Shown: one piece after another, positions 1 through 8,502 of the stretch
Position numbering within the stretch: position 1 is the first letter of the stretch
Layout of the letters: each line of letters begins with the position of its first letter
Assembly (NCBI GenBank): GCA_964427035.1
Contig: CAYRSF010000040.1
Span: 2,493 to 66,492 of the forward strand
DNA length: 64,000 bases
Direction: 5' to 3'
DNA from: an uncultured Alistipes sp.
Lineage (GTDB): Bacteria; Bacteroidota; Bacteroidia; Bacteroidales; Rikenellaceae
Notes under the pieces: model-generated
Databases searched by the model: none
What the model was told of the DNA's origin: nothing
The model's input: only the letters and a program-made list of their open reading frames with translations
Program-made: the position numbers and the translations under genes

Positions 1-3000
1 ATGGGGATTAAGTTCTTTTAACGCTTTAAGACTTGTTCTGATCAGTTTACCAATCCGTTTAGACAGCATCTCATTCTTTTTCTCTGAACCATTATACTTG
101 TCATCGACCGATGTTTCAATATGGCGTCTAAAATAGTAATCGTTATGAGACAGTTTCTGCACCCTGTACAGATGCTCGCACAACCTCGCATAATCTTTCG
201 CATCCATCGCATCGCGATACTCCTCTTCCGGCATTCCGAGTATGAACATTTCGTTCTGCTGCATCGAAAATCTGAACTGCCAGTCGGCAGATTCGGGCAA
301 CTGCCGAAGGAATGTTTCGGGCATGTCTTTCGTTACAGAATCCCACATTTCACCGGGGCGGGTAACTATAATCGGAATGCCGTACTTTTTGCGTTCGACG
401 GCATGCCAGAAAGTAACGATATGCTCTTGAAATTTTCCATCCTTGTCTTCGTAAATCGCAACATGGTGATTATTCGCCGGCTTTACGAAGGCTGTCGGTT
501 CACCCTGCTCGTCATATCGCAGCGGCACGGTCGCACTCAATCCCGTATAACACCTAACGCTGCGAATCGCTCTGCCCTGATGATCCAATACCGGTTCGGC
601 AAAGGCTTTCTCCGGTTTTCCGCCGAACTGTTCCAAGCGATTGCGCAGAATCTCCCTGATTCGCTTATCGACGACATAATCGACATCTTTCAACGAGATA
701 TTGCCCACCGGATACTTTACGACTATCTCCTTCGTGCCTTTTTCGCTGCTGCGAATCCGACCGTATACCGTCTCCTCGCTCAATGCTCCGCGCGGAATGA
801 CAATTCCCGTCTGGGCGCATATTCTTTTACCGCCGCGATATACATATCGTTTGCCGACGCTCGCAGCACGCTTGCCGCTTTTGAACGACACGGCGATATT
901 GCTCACCGCCGCAGCGACCTCCGATGTCGAAAAATGCGGCTGCATGGCTATATAACGCTCCAACCGCGTCAGCCGCTGCTGCGCAGCCGCGCCCTGCTTT
1001 TCGTCGAAATACGGTTTTAAAGCGACTTCTTTCAGGGAGTTCAGATTGTTGATACGCTGGATATACCCCTGCTTGGTACAGGCTATCGTAAGGGCATCGA
1101 CCGCATGATGACGATGATCCATACGTTTCGACCAGTCCGCAATACGTTCGCCGGAGACAATACGTCCGTTAATCTCTCGCTCTACATTCTTGGCAAGTCC
1201 GGCATTGCGGTACCGCTCGAAGTTCAGGTCGTGCAAAACTTCATCCCATCCCCAGATATGACGCAGAAGGTCGGTTATGCTGCCGCTGGTGGAATATACA
1301 TTGCGACACACCGACTGCAACATCTCTTTCGCCTTCTTGGCGATATACTGACTCTCGCGCAACTGCCGTTCAATAAAGTCTTCGGGCAACTCCGATGCCG
1401 GCATAAGCAACTTCTTATGCTTGGTTTTGGAAATCATGTGCTTCTCCGCCAAATCAGCGACCCGCGAAAGATAGGCATTGAACTCGCCTTCGCTTTTGCT
1501 TTTCATATAATCGTATGCGGTACGGTTGTTTTTCTCCTTGTTGCACTTTCTGCAAGCGCACACCTTATTCGAAAAACTGTCATCGAACAGTAAGGTGCGA
1601 GGGATTATATGCTCTATCTCGACACCGAATCCCTGCAAAAACTCCATTACATTGACCGGCTGTCCGCAATACATACATATTTCGCCGCTCTCTTTCCACA
1701 TTCTGTATTTCTGTATGCGCGAACGGGTAGGCAGCAGTCCGTATTCGGTTTTGATTCTTTCGGCTATCTTTTCGTTTTCTCTCGTCGTCTCAGCGATTTT
1801 TTTGGTTTTTTTCTCCCGTTCCTCGCGGTTCTGTTTCAAATCGCGGGCGAGTTCGACGCGAATTTCGTCGAAACGCCCGTACTCCGACATCAACGCATTG
1901 ACAAGATTTACCAACTGATTAAGAATCTTTTCCACCACCGGCTGACGAAGTTCGCCTTTCTGAATCGGAACCAGCGAATCTGCCAGCGGTCGAGCATTAT
2001 TCTGCTCGACCGTCAATGTCGTATCGTCATAGCCTGCCGCACATTTTGCATCATAATACGACATCCCCTCCTGCAAATACGGCAGAATACGGCGTATCGC
2101 ACGAGCCGATTTGTTACCGTAACCGCTCTTGACGAAATCGATTCGGCACAAAGCGTCGAGCACCGCATCATCTTCGATTCCGAACCCTTTGCGCAAAGCA
2201 TCGCGCAGTTCGGAAATATCCGAAATCGAATAAAGCATATGCCACAATCTGTACAGCGGCTGGGATTCGAACGATGAATCGATGACTTTTAGAATTTCTC
2301 CTGTCTCCGAATCGGCAGAATTGTCATCGACAATACGCAAATCGAACCGCAACAAATCATCTTTTTCGGCATAATCTCCCAATGCCTTGGCAATTGCGCA
2401 ATAAGTCGTATTGCCTTGCAGCCCCGTTCCAAGAGACTTGCCTATCTGCCACTCACGGGACTTTATGCCGAGCAATGATTTGAAATCATTGACCTTCAAT
2501 TTCTCGTGCGTATTCATAAAATCGAATATCGCCCGTTTCTGCTCTATGGATATATTGAGAGGTTTATTGCCGATATTCCTGATATTCAGATTGTTGATAC
2601 TTTCCCACATCTTGCAGACCTGAAACAGCGGAGAACTGCGCGGAGCCACTTTCGGACCGCAATTGCGCACACGACCGTTAATCTCTGCATCATGCCGCTC
2701 CAATTCGCATTTCGCCACCAAGTGCTTGCACGACCTCAAAGGCCGCTGGTGAAAAATTATATAATCACGAATATGGGAAATTACTTCATCGGTCAGCAAA
2801 TCCGGATAAAACACACGCTGACGCGCCATTATGGCATCGTACTCCTCGACATAGGCGTCCCTCGGATATACGCGCTCCTTGCACCGGAATGCAGGATCGG
2901 TCTTCAATCCGTCGTACAGATATTGCCCTACCGTAACGCCTCGGTCGTGAAGTTCTCCGTACCGCTCCACCACGGCTTGCACGTACGCGCCCTGTTTCTT

Positions 3001-3453
3001 GTCCTCGTAATCGGACTTTACGGTACGGTAACCCCGTTTTTGATTCAGATGACACAATACGCGCCCCAACTCTTTAAGCGATATCTTGTCCTCCGCAGCC
3101 TTTGCGCGCAATCCCCACAAATCGAGCGTCGAAAGTTTTAAGGTCGAACCGTCATACATGCCCAAACGGCTCAATTCGTCCAACAACAATGCCCGGCGCA
3201 GTTGGTAACGGTCATAACCCTTGCGCTGAGTGCGACATTTCGTCCGGTCGGCATTTTTGGTCAAAGCCTGTCCTTGGGAGAATTGAGTGCTTTCATCAAC
3301 ACTTAACGGGATGATTCGACTGCCTATATCGACGATACAATCTTTTTTATCTAAGCGGTCGTCTTCTTCATTGAGAATCTCCCCGCTGCATTCATCGACG
3401 ACAGCCCATCCTATGCTCGCCGATCCAAGATCCAACCCGAGTACCCGTTTCAT
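1..3453 (-). CDS. cas9: CRISPR-associated endonuclease Cas9, type II-C (3' end beyond the window start)
   Basis: Hand translation from ATG at 3453: MKRVLGLDLGSASIGWAVV (RuvC-I), Arg-rich bridge helix NADRTKCRTQRKGYDRYQLRR, RuvC-II DEIRVELAR (~1840-1870), HNH CMYC...EIEHIIP...DDSFSNKVCACRKCNKEK (~1525-1680), RuvC-III DHRHHAVDALTIA (~1080-1120). Not in the ORF track, consistent with no stop codon inside the window. Confidence 0.97.
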   Translation of the reverse strand, partial: MKRVLGLDLGSASIGWAVVDECSGEILNEEDDRLDKKDCIVDIGSRIIPLSVDESTQFSQGQALTKNADRTKCRTQRKGYDRYQLRRALLLDELSRLGMYDGSTLKLSTLDLWGLRAKAAEDKISLKELGRVLCHLNQKRGYRTVKSDYEDKKQGAYVQAVVERYGELHDRGVTVGQYLYDGLKTDPAFRCKERVYPRDAYVEEYDAIMARQRVFYPDLLTDEVISHIRDYIIFHQRPLRSCKHLVAKCELERHDAEINGRVRNCGPKVAPRSSPLFQVCKMWESINNLNIRNIGNKPLNISIEQKRAIFDFMNTHEKLKVNDFKSLLGIKSREWQIGKSLGTGLQGNTTYCAIAKALGDYAEKDDLLRFDLRIVDDNSADSETGEILKVIDSSFESQPLYRLWHMLYSISDISELRDALRKGFGIEDDAVLDALCRIDFVKSGYGNKSARAIRRILPYLQEGMSYYDAKCAAGYDDTTLTVEQNNARPLADSLVPIQKGELRQPVVEKILNQLVNLVNALMSEYGRFDEIRVELARDLKQNREEREKKTKKIAETTRENEKIAERIKTEYGLLPTRSRIQKYRMWKESGEICMYCGQPVNVMEFLQGFGVEIEHIIPRTLLFDDSFSNKVCACRKCNKEKNNRTAYDYMKSKSEGEFNAYLSRVADLAEKHMISKTKHKKLLMPASELPEDFIERQLRESQYIAKKAKEMLQSVCRNVYSTSGSITDLLRHIWGWDEVLHDLNFERYRNAGLAKNVEREINGRIVSGERIADWSKRMDHRHHAVDALTIACTKQGYIQRINNLNSLKEVALKPYFDEKQGAAAQQRLTRLERYIAMQPHFSTSEVAAAVSNIAVSFKSGKRAASVGKRYVYRGGKRICAQTGIVIPRGALSEETVYGRIRSSEKGTKEIVVKYPVGNISLKDVDYVVDKRIREILRNRLEQFGGKPEKAFAEPVLDHQGRAIRSVRCYTGLSATVPLRYDEQGEPTAFVKPANNHHVAIYEDKDGKFQEHIVTFWHAVERKKYGIPIIVTRPGEMWDSVTKDMPETFLRQLPESADWQFRFSMQQNEMFILGMPEEEYRDAMDAKDYARLCEHLYRVQKLSHNDYYFRRHIETSVDDKYNGSEKKNEMLSKRIGKLIRTSLKALKELNPH

Positions 3454-3460
3454 ATGCAGA

Positions 3461-3468
3461 CAAATTTA
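3461..3468 (-). promoter_or_regulatory. Bacteroidota sigma-A -7 element (TAAATTTG) for cas9
   Basis: TAnnTTTG match 7 nt upstream of the cas9 ATG. Confidence 0.6.
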
Positions 3469-3521
3469 AAAAAGTATTGTAAATTTAGTGAAAATATTTT
3501 ATTTTTTATCGAAAATATCAC

Positions 3522-3529
3522 TATATTTG
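3522..3529 (+). promoter_or_regulatory. -7 element (TATATTTG) for tracrRNA
   Basis: TAnnTTTG directly before the anti-repeat. Confidence 0.65.
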
Positions 3530-3531
3530 CA

Positions 3532-3609
3532 ATACAGATTTAAAAGCAAATCACAATAAGGATTATTCCGTTGTGAAAACATTCAAGGCGGGGCAACTCG
3601 CTTTTTTTT
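3532..3609 (+). ncRNA. tracrRNA of the type II-C system
   Basis: Anti-repeat AAAGCAAATCACAAT (complementary to the GTTGTGATTTGCTTT start of Bacteroidota II-C repeats), then AAGGATTATTCCGTTGTGAAAACATT, then terminator AAGGCGGG-GCAA-CTCGCTTT with a T-run; divergent from cas9. Confidence 0.88.
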
Positions 3610-3630
3610 ATTCGACGAATCTCCGGGTCT

Positions 3631-4173
3631 TCATCGCAACTGACGCAGTTCGCCGGTGCGGGAATCCATGATGTAACCCTTGACGACGATGTCGGCGGGG
3701 ACGAGCGGATGATTGCGAACGAGATCGACCGTTTCGAGGATTGCCGATTCCGTATCGTCGAAGCCGTGCAGCCAATTGTCGAGGTCGATGCCGCAATGTT
3801 TCATCAACTCGATATGCTGTTCGGGTATGCCCCGTTCACGCATTGCATGCTGCATTTCGGCACTGTCCATGCCCTGTACGCCGCACTCGGTGTGCCCGAT
3901 TATCATCACCTCTTCGACCCCGAGTTCGTATATCGCGACAAGCAGGCTGCGCACCGTACTGTCGAACGGGTTGGTAATCGTCGCACCGGCATTCTTTATT
4001 ATCTTCACATCGCCGTTGCGGAATCCCAATGCCGCAGGCAGCAGTTCCACAAGACGCGTATCCATACACGTTACTATCGCGATACGCTTGTTCGGATATT
4101 TGTCTGTGAGAAACTGCTCGTACTTCTTCTCCTCGACGAACCGCCGATTGTATTCCAGAATTTTGTCTATCAT
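3631..4173 (-). CDS. Beta-class carbonic anhydrase
   Basis: Zn motifs CMDTR and HTECG; KNAG. Confidence 0.92.
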   Translation of the reverse strand: MIDKILEYNRRFVEEKKYEQFLTDKYPNKRIAIVTCMDTRLVELLPAALGFRNGDVKIIKNAGATITNPFDSTVRSLLVAIYELGVEEVMIIGHTECGVQGMDSAEMQHAMRERGIPEQHIELMKHCGIDLDNWLHGFDDTESAILETVDLVRNHPLVPADIVVKGYIMDSRTGELRQLR

Positions 4174-4242
4174 ATTTTGTCTATAATATATTGGAAACCG
4201 TTTTCAATCTGCGAATTTATGATTTTTTCGGACATCTTCGTC

Positions 4243-4267
4243 CGTCCGCGGCGAATCGCCGCGGACG
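4243..4267 (-). other. GC-rich stem-loop right after the pyrB stop
   Basis: CGTCCGCGGCG-aat-CGCCGCGGACG perfect 11-bp stem; no U-tract. Confidence 0.55.
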
Positions 4268-5365
4268 TTACGCGGTTCGGTCGTTATGCTCCGCTTTCGC
4301 ATCGCAGTAGATGCAGCGGAAAATGCCGTCGTCGGTCGCACGGAATCTGTATTCTACATGCTCGTTGTTGCAGATACATTTCGGATTCGGACAGCGCAAT
4401 GCCTGATTCGCGACCGGCTCGCAATGCTCCGGCATACGATGCGCCGAATCGTTCCGCCAGTCGAGCAGACGGCAGATAAGGGCCATACGCACGAACTTGC
4501 CGTTTTCGACCTGTCGGAAGTATGCTGCCCGGGGGTCGGCATCGACCTCTTTTTCGATTTCGTTCACTCGCGGCAGCGGATGAAGAATCGCCATTTCGCG
4601 TTTCGCCGAACGGAGTTTTTCGCAATCGAGCACGAAACTGTCTTTCACGCGGTCGTATTCCGCCTCGTCGGTGAAACGCTCTTTCTGCACGCGTGTCATG
4701 TAGAGCACGTCGAGTTCGCCCATAACCTCCTCCATGGTGCGGCACTCGCGGTATTCGATTCCGCAGCGGTCGCACACCTCGTGTTTGATATAGTCGGGCA
4801 GCCGCAGTTCCTCGGGCGAGATAAGTATCACGCGGGTGCCGCAGTAACGCGACAATGCCTTGATGAGCGAATGCACGGTGCGTCCGTAAAGCAAATCGCC
4901 GCAGAATCCGACCGTCAGATTGTCGAGATGCCCGAGTTCGCGCTTTATGGTGAGCAAGTCGGTAAGCGTTTGCGTCGGATGGCTGTGGCTGCCGTCGCCG
5001 GCATTGATAATCGGAACCCGCGACACTTCCGATGCGACGAACGGCGCGCCCTCGATATGATGACGCATGGCGATGATGTCGGCGAAGCAGCCGACGACAC
5101 GCACGGTATCCTCTACGGTTTCGCCCTTGCTCACCGATGAATTGCGGGCATCTGAAAATCCGAGCACATTGCCGCCCAACTCCATCATGGCGGCGGTGAA
5201 ACTCAATCGGGTGCGGGTGCTCGGTTCGTAAAACAGAGTGGCGAGTTTGCGCCCCCTGCAACGCTCGGCGTAACGGTCGCGATTGGCGATGATGTCTTCG
5301 GCGAGAGCGACTATGTCGGCGGTCTCCTCCGGAGTAAGGTCTGTCGGGTCGATAAGATGTTTCAT
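4268..5365 (-). CDS. pyrB: Aspartate carbamoyltransferase catalytic subunit with fused C-terminal PyrI-type zinc domain
   Basis: FYEPSTRTRLSF, HPTQ, HPLP motifs; C-terminal CPNPKC...RCIYC. Confidence 0.95.
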   Translation of the reverse strand: MKHLIDPTDLTPEETADIVALAEDIIANRDRYAERCRGRKLATLFYEPSTRTRLSFTAAMMELGGNVLGFSDARNSSVSKGETVEDTVRVVGCFADIIAMRHHIEGAPFVASEVSRVPIINAGDGSHSHPTQTLTDLLTIKRELGHLDNLTVGFCGDLLYGRTVHSLIKALSRYCGTRVILISPEELRLPDYIKHEVCDRCGIEYRECRTMEEVMGELDVLYMTRVQKERFTDEAEYDRVKDSFVLDCEKLRSAKREMAILHPLPRVNEIEKEVDADPRAAYFRQVENGKFVRMALICRLLDWRNDSAHRMPEHCEPVANQALRCPNPKCICNNEHVEYRFRATDDGIFRCIYCDAKAEHNDRTA

Positions 5366-5372
5366 GGTCGGG

Positions 5373-6014
5373 TTATTTTTGACTGTTATTTATCCAACTT
5401 TCGTCGGACGGATTGTCGCGGAAATTCAGAATCCGCTGCTTCCATTCGGCGGCTATATATCCCTCTTCGGCTGCGACCTCGACGAGCGCGTCGAGATTCG
5501 AGAGCGAGTAATTGACGGTATCCGCCCCGGCGATGCGCTCCAAGCCGCGGCGCATTCCGTAGGTGAAGATGCTGACGATGCCCAGCACCTCCGCTCCGGC
5601 TTCGCGCAGAGCCTCGACCACTTCGATGCAACTGCCGCCCGTCGAGATAAGGTCTTCAACGACCACCACCTTCGTGCCGGCATCCATGCGACCCTCGATG
5701 CGGTTGGCGCGTCCGTGGTCTTTCGCTCCGCTGCGGACGTAACCCATAGGCAGGTCGAGCAGAGAGGCTGTTATCGCCGCATGGGCGATACCGGCGGTCG
5801 AAGTACCCATAAGCATTTCGCATGCAGGGAATTTCTCGCGAACGAGAGCGGCAAGCCCCGCTTCGACTTTCTCGCGCACGCGAGGTGCGGAGAGCGTCAG
5901 ACGGTTATCGCAATATATAGGGCTTTTGATACCGCTCGCCCAAGTGAACGGCTGATCCGGACGCAGAAACACCGCGCCGATGGAGAGCAACTCTTTTGCA
6001 ATCAGTTTTTCCAT
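5373..6014 (-). CDS. pyrE: Orotate phosphoribosyltransferase
   Basis: [21 protein letters not shown] motif [13 protein letters not shown]. Confidence 0.96.
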   Translation of the reverse strand: MEKLIAKELLSIGAVFLRPDQPFTWASGIKSPIYCDNRLTLSAPRVREKVEAGLAALVREKFPACEMLMGTSTAGIAHAAITASLLDLPMGYVRSGAKDHGRANRIEGRMDAGTKVVVVEDLISTGGSCIEVVEALREAGAEVLGIVSIFTYGMRRGLERIAGADTVNYSLSNLDALVEVAAEEGYIAAEWKQRILNFRDNPSDESWINNSQK

Positions 6015-6064
6015 ATCGATTCAAGTCTTTAATGTCGTTAATGCCGTTAGGGGCAGCGCATACG

Positions 6065-6763
6065 TTATCCCAAAAATTCTTTCAGACAGCGTTCATAGGC
6101 AGCGACCGGGTCGGCGGCGGCTGTTATCGGACGACCGACGACGATATAGTCCGAACCTGTCTCGCGGGCGCGTGCCGGAGTGGTTATGCGCACCTGATCG
6201 TCGCCCGCTGCATCGGCGAAACGGATGCCGGGAGTTACCGTAACGAAACCCTCGCCGCAACGCTCCTTGACGATACGCGATTCGAGTGGCGAACACACCA
6301 CGCCGTCCAGTCCGGCTCTGCGGGCATTCTCGGCATAGTGCGCAATCGTGTCGTCAATGGACGCATCGATAAGCAGTTCGCTGCGCATGCGCTCCTCGCT
6401 CGTCGAGGTGAGTTGGGTAACGGCGACAAGCAGCGGACGCGTACCGTCCCCGCGCGTCAGCCCCTCGACAGCGTAACGCATCATCTCGACGGTTCCTGCC
6501 GCATGGACGTTGCACATGTCCACGTCGAGCCGCGAGAGAACCGCCATAGCCTTTTTGACGGTATTCGGAATGTCGTGCAGTTTGAGGTCGAGAAAAATCT
6601 TGTGTCCGCGACGCTTTATCTCGCGAACTATCTCCGGACCTTCGGCATAGAACAACTCCATGCCGATTTTGACGAACGGTTTGCGACCCTCGAAGCAATC
6701 CAGAAAAGCGAGCGTCCGCTCCCTGCTGCTGAAATCGCACGCTATGATTACATCCTTTGCCAT
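6065..6763 (-). CDS. pyrF: Orotidine-5'-phosphate decarboxylase
   Basis: [25 protein letters not shown]. Confidence 0.97.
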   Translation of the reverse strand: MAKDVIIACDFSSRERTLAFLDCFEGRKPFVKIGMELFYAEGPEIVREIKRRGHKIFLDLKLHDIPNTVKKAMAVLSRLDVDMCNVHAAGTVEMMRYAVEGLTRGDGTRPLLVAVTQLTSTSEERMRSELLIDASIDDTIAHYAENARRAGLDGVVCSPLESRIVKERCGEGFVTVTPGIRFADAAGDDQVRITTPARARETGSDYIVVGRPITAAADPVAAYERCLKEFLG

Positions 6764-6777
6764 AAATTATTTCGTTT

Positions 6778-7689
6778 TTATTTTACTATCCCGATAATGT
6801 CCGTCAGCCGCTCTATTCCCAGCCGCTCCATCGCAGCCGGCAACTGTCCGACAATCTCCTTGCAGACGAACGGGTTGCGCAGATTAGCCGCTCCAATCTG
6901 GACAGCCGATGCGCCTGCCATCATCATTTCGATGACATCATCGGCGGTCTCGATGCCGCCGCAGCCGATAATCGGTATGCGGCATGCATTCGCCGTCTGC
7001 CAAACCATGCGCAGTGCGACCGGAAATATCGCGGCACCCGAGAATCCGCCAATCTTGTTGGCTATCACCGGTCGGCGGCGGGCGATGTCGATACGCATTC
7101 CGAGCATCGTATTGACGAGCGTCAGTCCGTCCGCTCCCGCATCCTCGCAAGCCCGGGCAATGGATACGATATCCGTAACGTTCGGGCTCAACTTGATGAA
7201 CACCGGTTTGGTCGTCGCCTCCTTTACCGCACGGGTTACCCCGGCAGCCGATTCGGGCGACGTGCCGAAAGCCATTCCGCCGTTGTGAACGTTCGGGCAC
7301 GAAACGTTCACCTCGATAATCTCCACTTGCGGCTCGCCATCGATGCGACGGCAGCACTCGACATATTCGTCGATAGAAAATCCGCTGATGTTGGCGATTA
7401 TCGGTTTATGGAAACGTTCGCGCAGATGCGGCAACTCCTCCGCTATCACGGCGTCGATGCCCGGGTTCTGCAAACCGACCGAATTTATCATTCCGCTGCG
7501 GCACTCGGCGATACGCGGAGCGGGATTGCCGAAACGGGGTTCGCGCGTCGTTCCCTTGAACGATATCGCGCCCAATATGTCGAGGTCGTACAGTTCGGCG
7601 AATTCAGCACCGAATCCGAAAGTTCCGCTCGCCGGAATTATCGGATTGTCGAGCCGCAGATTGCCGAGTGCAACCGAAAGGTCAGTCAT
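6778..7689 (-). CDS. pyrD: Dihydroorotate dehydrogenase family 1B catalytic subunit
   Basis: ASGTFG, NSVGLQNPG, EVNVSCPN, KLSPN; adjacent to pyrK. Confidence 0.95.
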   Translation of the reverse strand: MTDLSVALGNLRLDNPIIPASGTFGFGAEFAELYDLDILGAISFKGTTREPRFGNPAPRIAECRSGMINSVGLQNPGIDAVIAEELPHLRERFHKPIIANISGFSIDEYVECCRRIDGEPQVEIIEVNVSCPNVHNGGMAFGTSPESAAGVTRAVKEATTKPVFIKLSPNVTDIVSIARACEDAGADGLTLVNTMLGMRIDIARRRPVIANKIGGFSGAAIFPVALRMVWQTANACRIPIIGCGGIETADDVIEMMMAGASAVQIGAANLRNPFVCKEIVGQLPAAMERLGIERLTDIIGIVK

Positions 7690-7700
7690 ACAATATTATT

Positions 7701-7736
7701 TTAAGGTCTTTAAAGTCCTTAAAGTCTTTAAGGACG
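7701..7736. repeat. 9-bp TTAA-core tandem repeat (TTAAAGTCC-like x4)
   Basis: ttaaggtct ttaaagtcc ttaaagtct ttaaggacg. Confidence 0.75.
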
Positions 7737-7739
7737 CTT

Positions 7740-8477
7740 TTACCAAATTATCTCATCTTTCCGCAGGACGGGTCCCTCCTTGCAAATGCGTTTGCTGCCA
7801 TTAGGGGTTTTGCGGCTGCATCCCATGCATGCTCCGAATCCGCAGCCCATGCGCTCCTCGAAACTCAACTCGCCGTCCGCCGTCGTCGCATCATACAACG
7901 CTTTGAGCATCGGCAGAGGTCCGCAGGCATAGAAATAGTCGAACTCCGCACCGCACTCGCGCATGGCATCGGTTACGAACCCCTTCGTTCCTGCCGAACC
8001 GTCGGCTGTCGCAACTGCCACTTTCGCACCGGCCGCCGCAAACTCGTCGGCATAAAATATCTCGTCTGCCCGGTTGAACCCCAACACCGCCGTAACCTCT
8101 TTGCCGCTGGCTATGAGGTCTTTCGCCAATCGGTATAGCGGCGGCACGCCGACTCCGCCGCCGACGAGCAGCGCCTTGGCGGTCGTGCGGTCGGCATCGA
8201 ATCCGTTGCCGAGTCCCGTGAGGATGTCGAGCCGTTCGCCGGACTTCATCTCCGCCATACGCGCCGTACCTTCGCCGACGACCTTGTAAATCAATGTCAG
8301 CGAATCGTCCGCGAAATCGCAGACCGAAATCGGTCGCCGCAGAAACAGACCGTCGATAGCGACATCGACGAACTGTCCGGCTCGCTTCACTGCCGAGGCG
8401 TCGCCTCGCAGCCGCATTTCGAAGACCTGCTCCGTGAGCGGTCTGTTGCTCTCTATTTCGAATATCCGTCTGTCCAT
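7740..8477 (-). CDS. pyrK: Dihydroorotate dehydrogenase electron transfer subunit
   Basis: RRPISV, GGGVG, 2Fe-2S motif MGCGFGACMGC...CKEGPV; start taken at MDRRIF. Confidence 0.94.
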   Translation of the reverse strand: MDRRIFEIESNRPLTEQVFEMRLRGDASAVKRAGQFVDVAIDGLFLRRPISVCDFADDSLTLIYKVVGEGTARMAEMKSGERLDILTGLGNGFDADRTTAKALLVGGGVGVPPLYRLAKDLIASGKEVTAVLGFNRADEIFYADEFAAAGAKVAVATADGSAGTKGFVTDAMRECGAEFDYFYACGPLPMLKALYDATTADGELSFEERMGCGFGACMGCSRKTPNGSKRICKEGPVLRKDEIIW

Positions 8478-8502
8478 TTCATCAGTTTGCCCGAATTTTC
8501 CG

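Noticed and set aside
121..3141. + strand ORFs of 299, 162, 222 and 211 aa
   Set aside because: All lie in the frame antisense to cas9 and have no recognisable motifs
1..3453. Possible stop-codon recoding or pseudogene explaining the missing minus-strand ORF
   Set aside because: The simpler explanation is that the frame is open to the window edge; an internal stop would have produced a listed ORF
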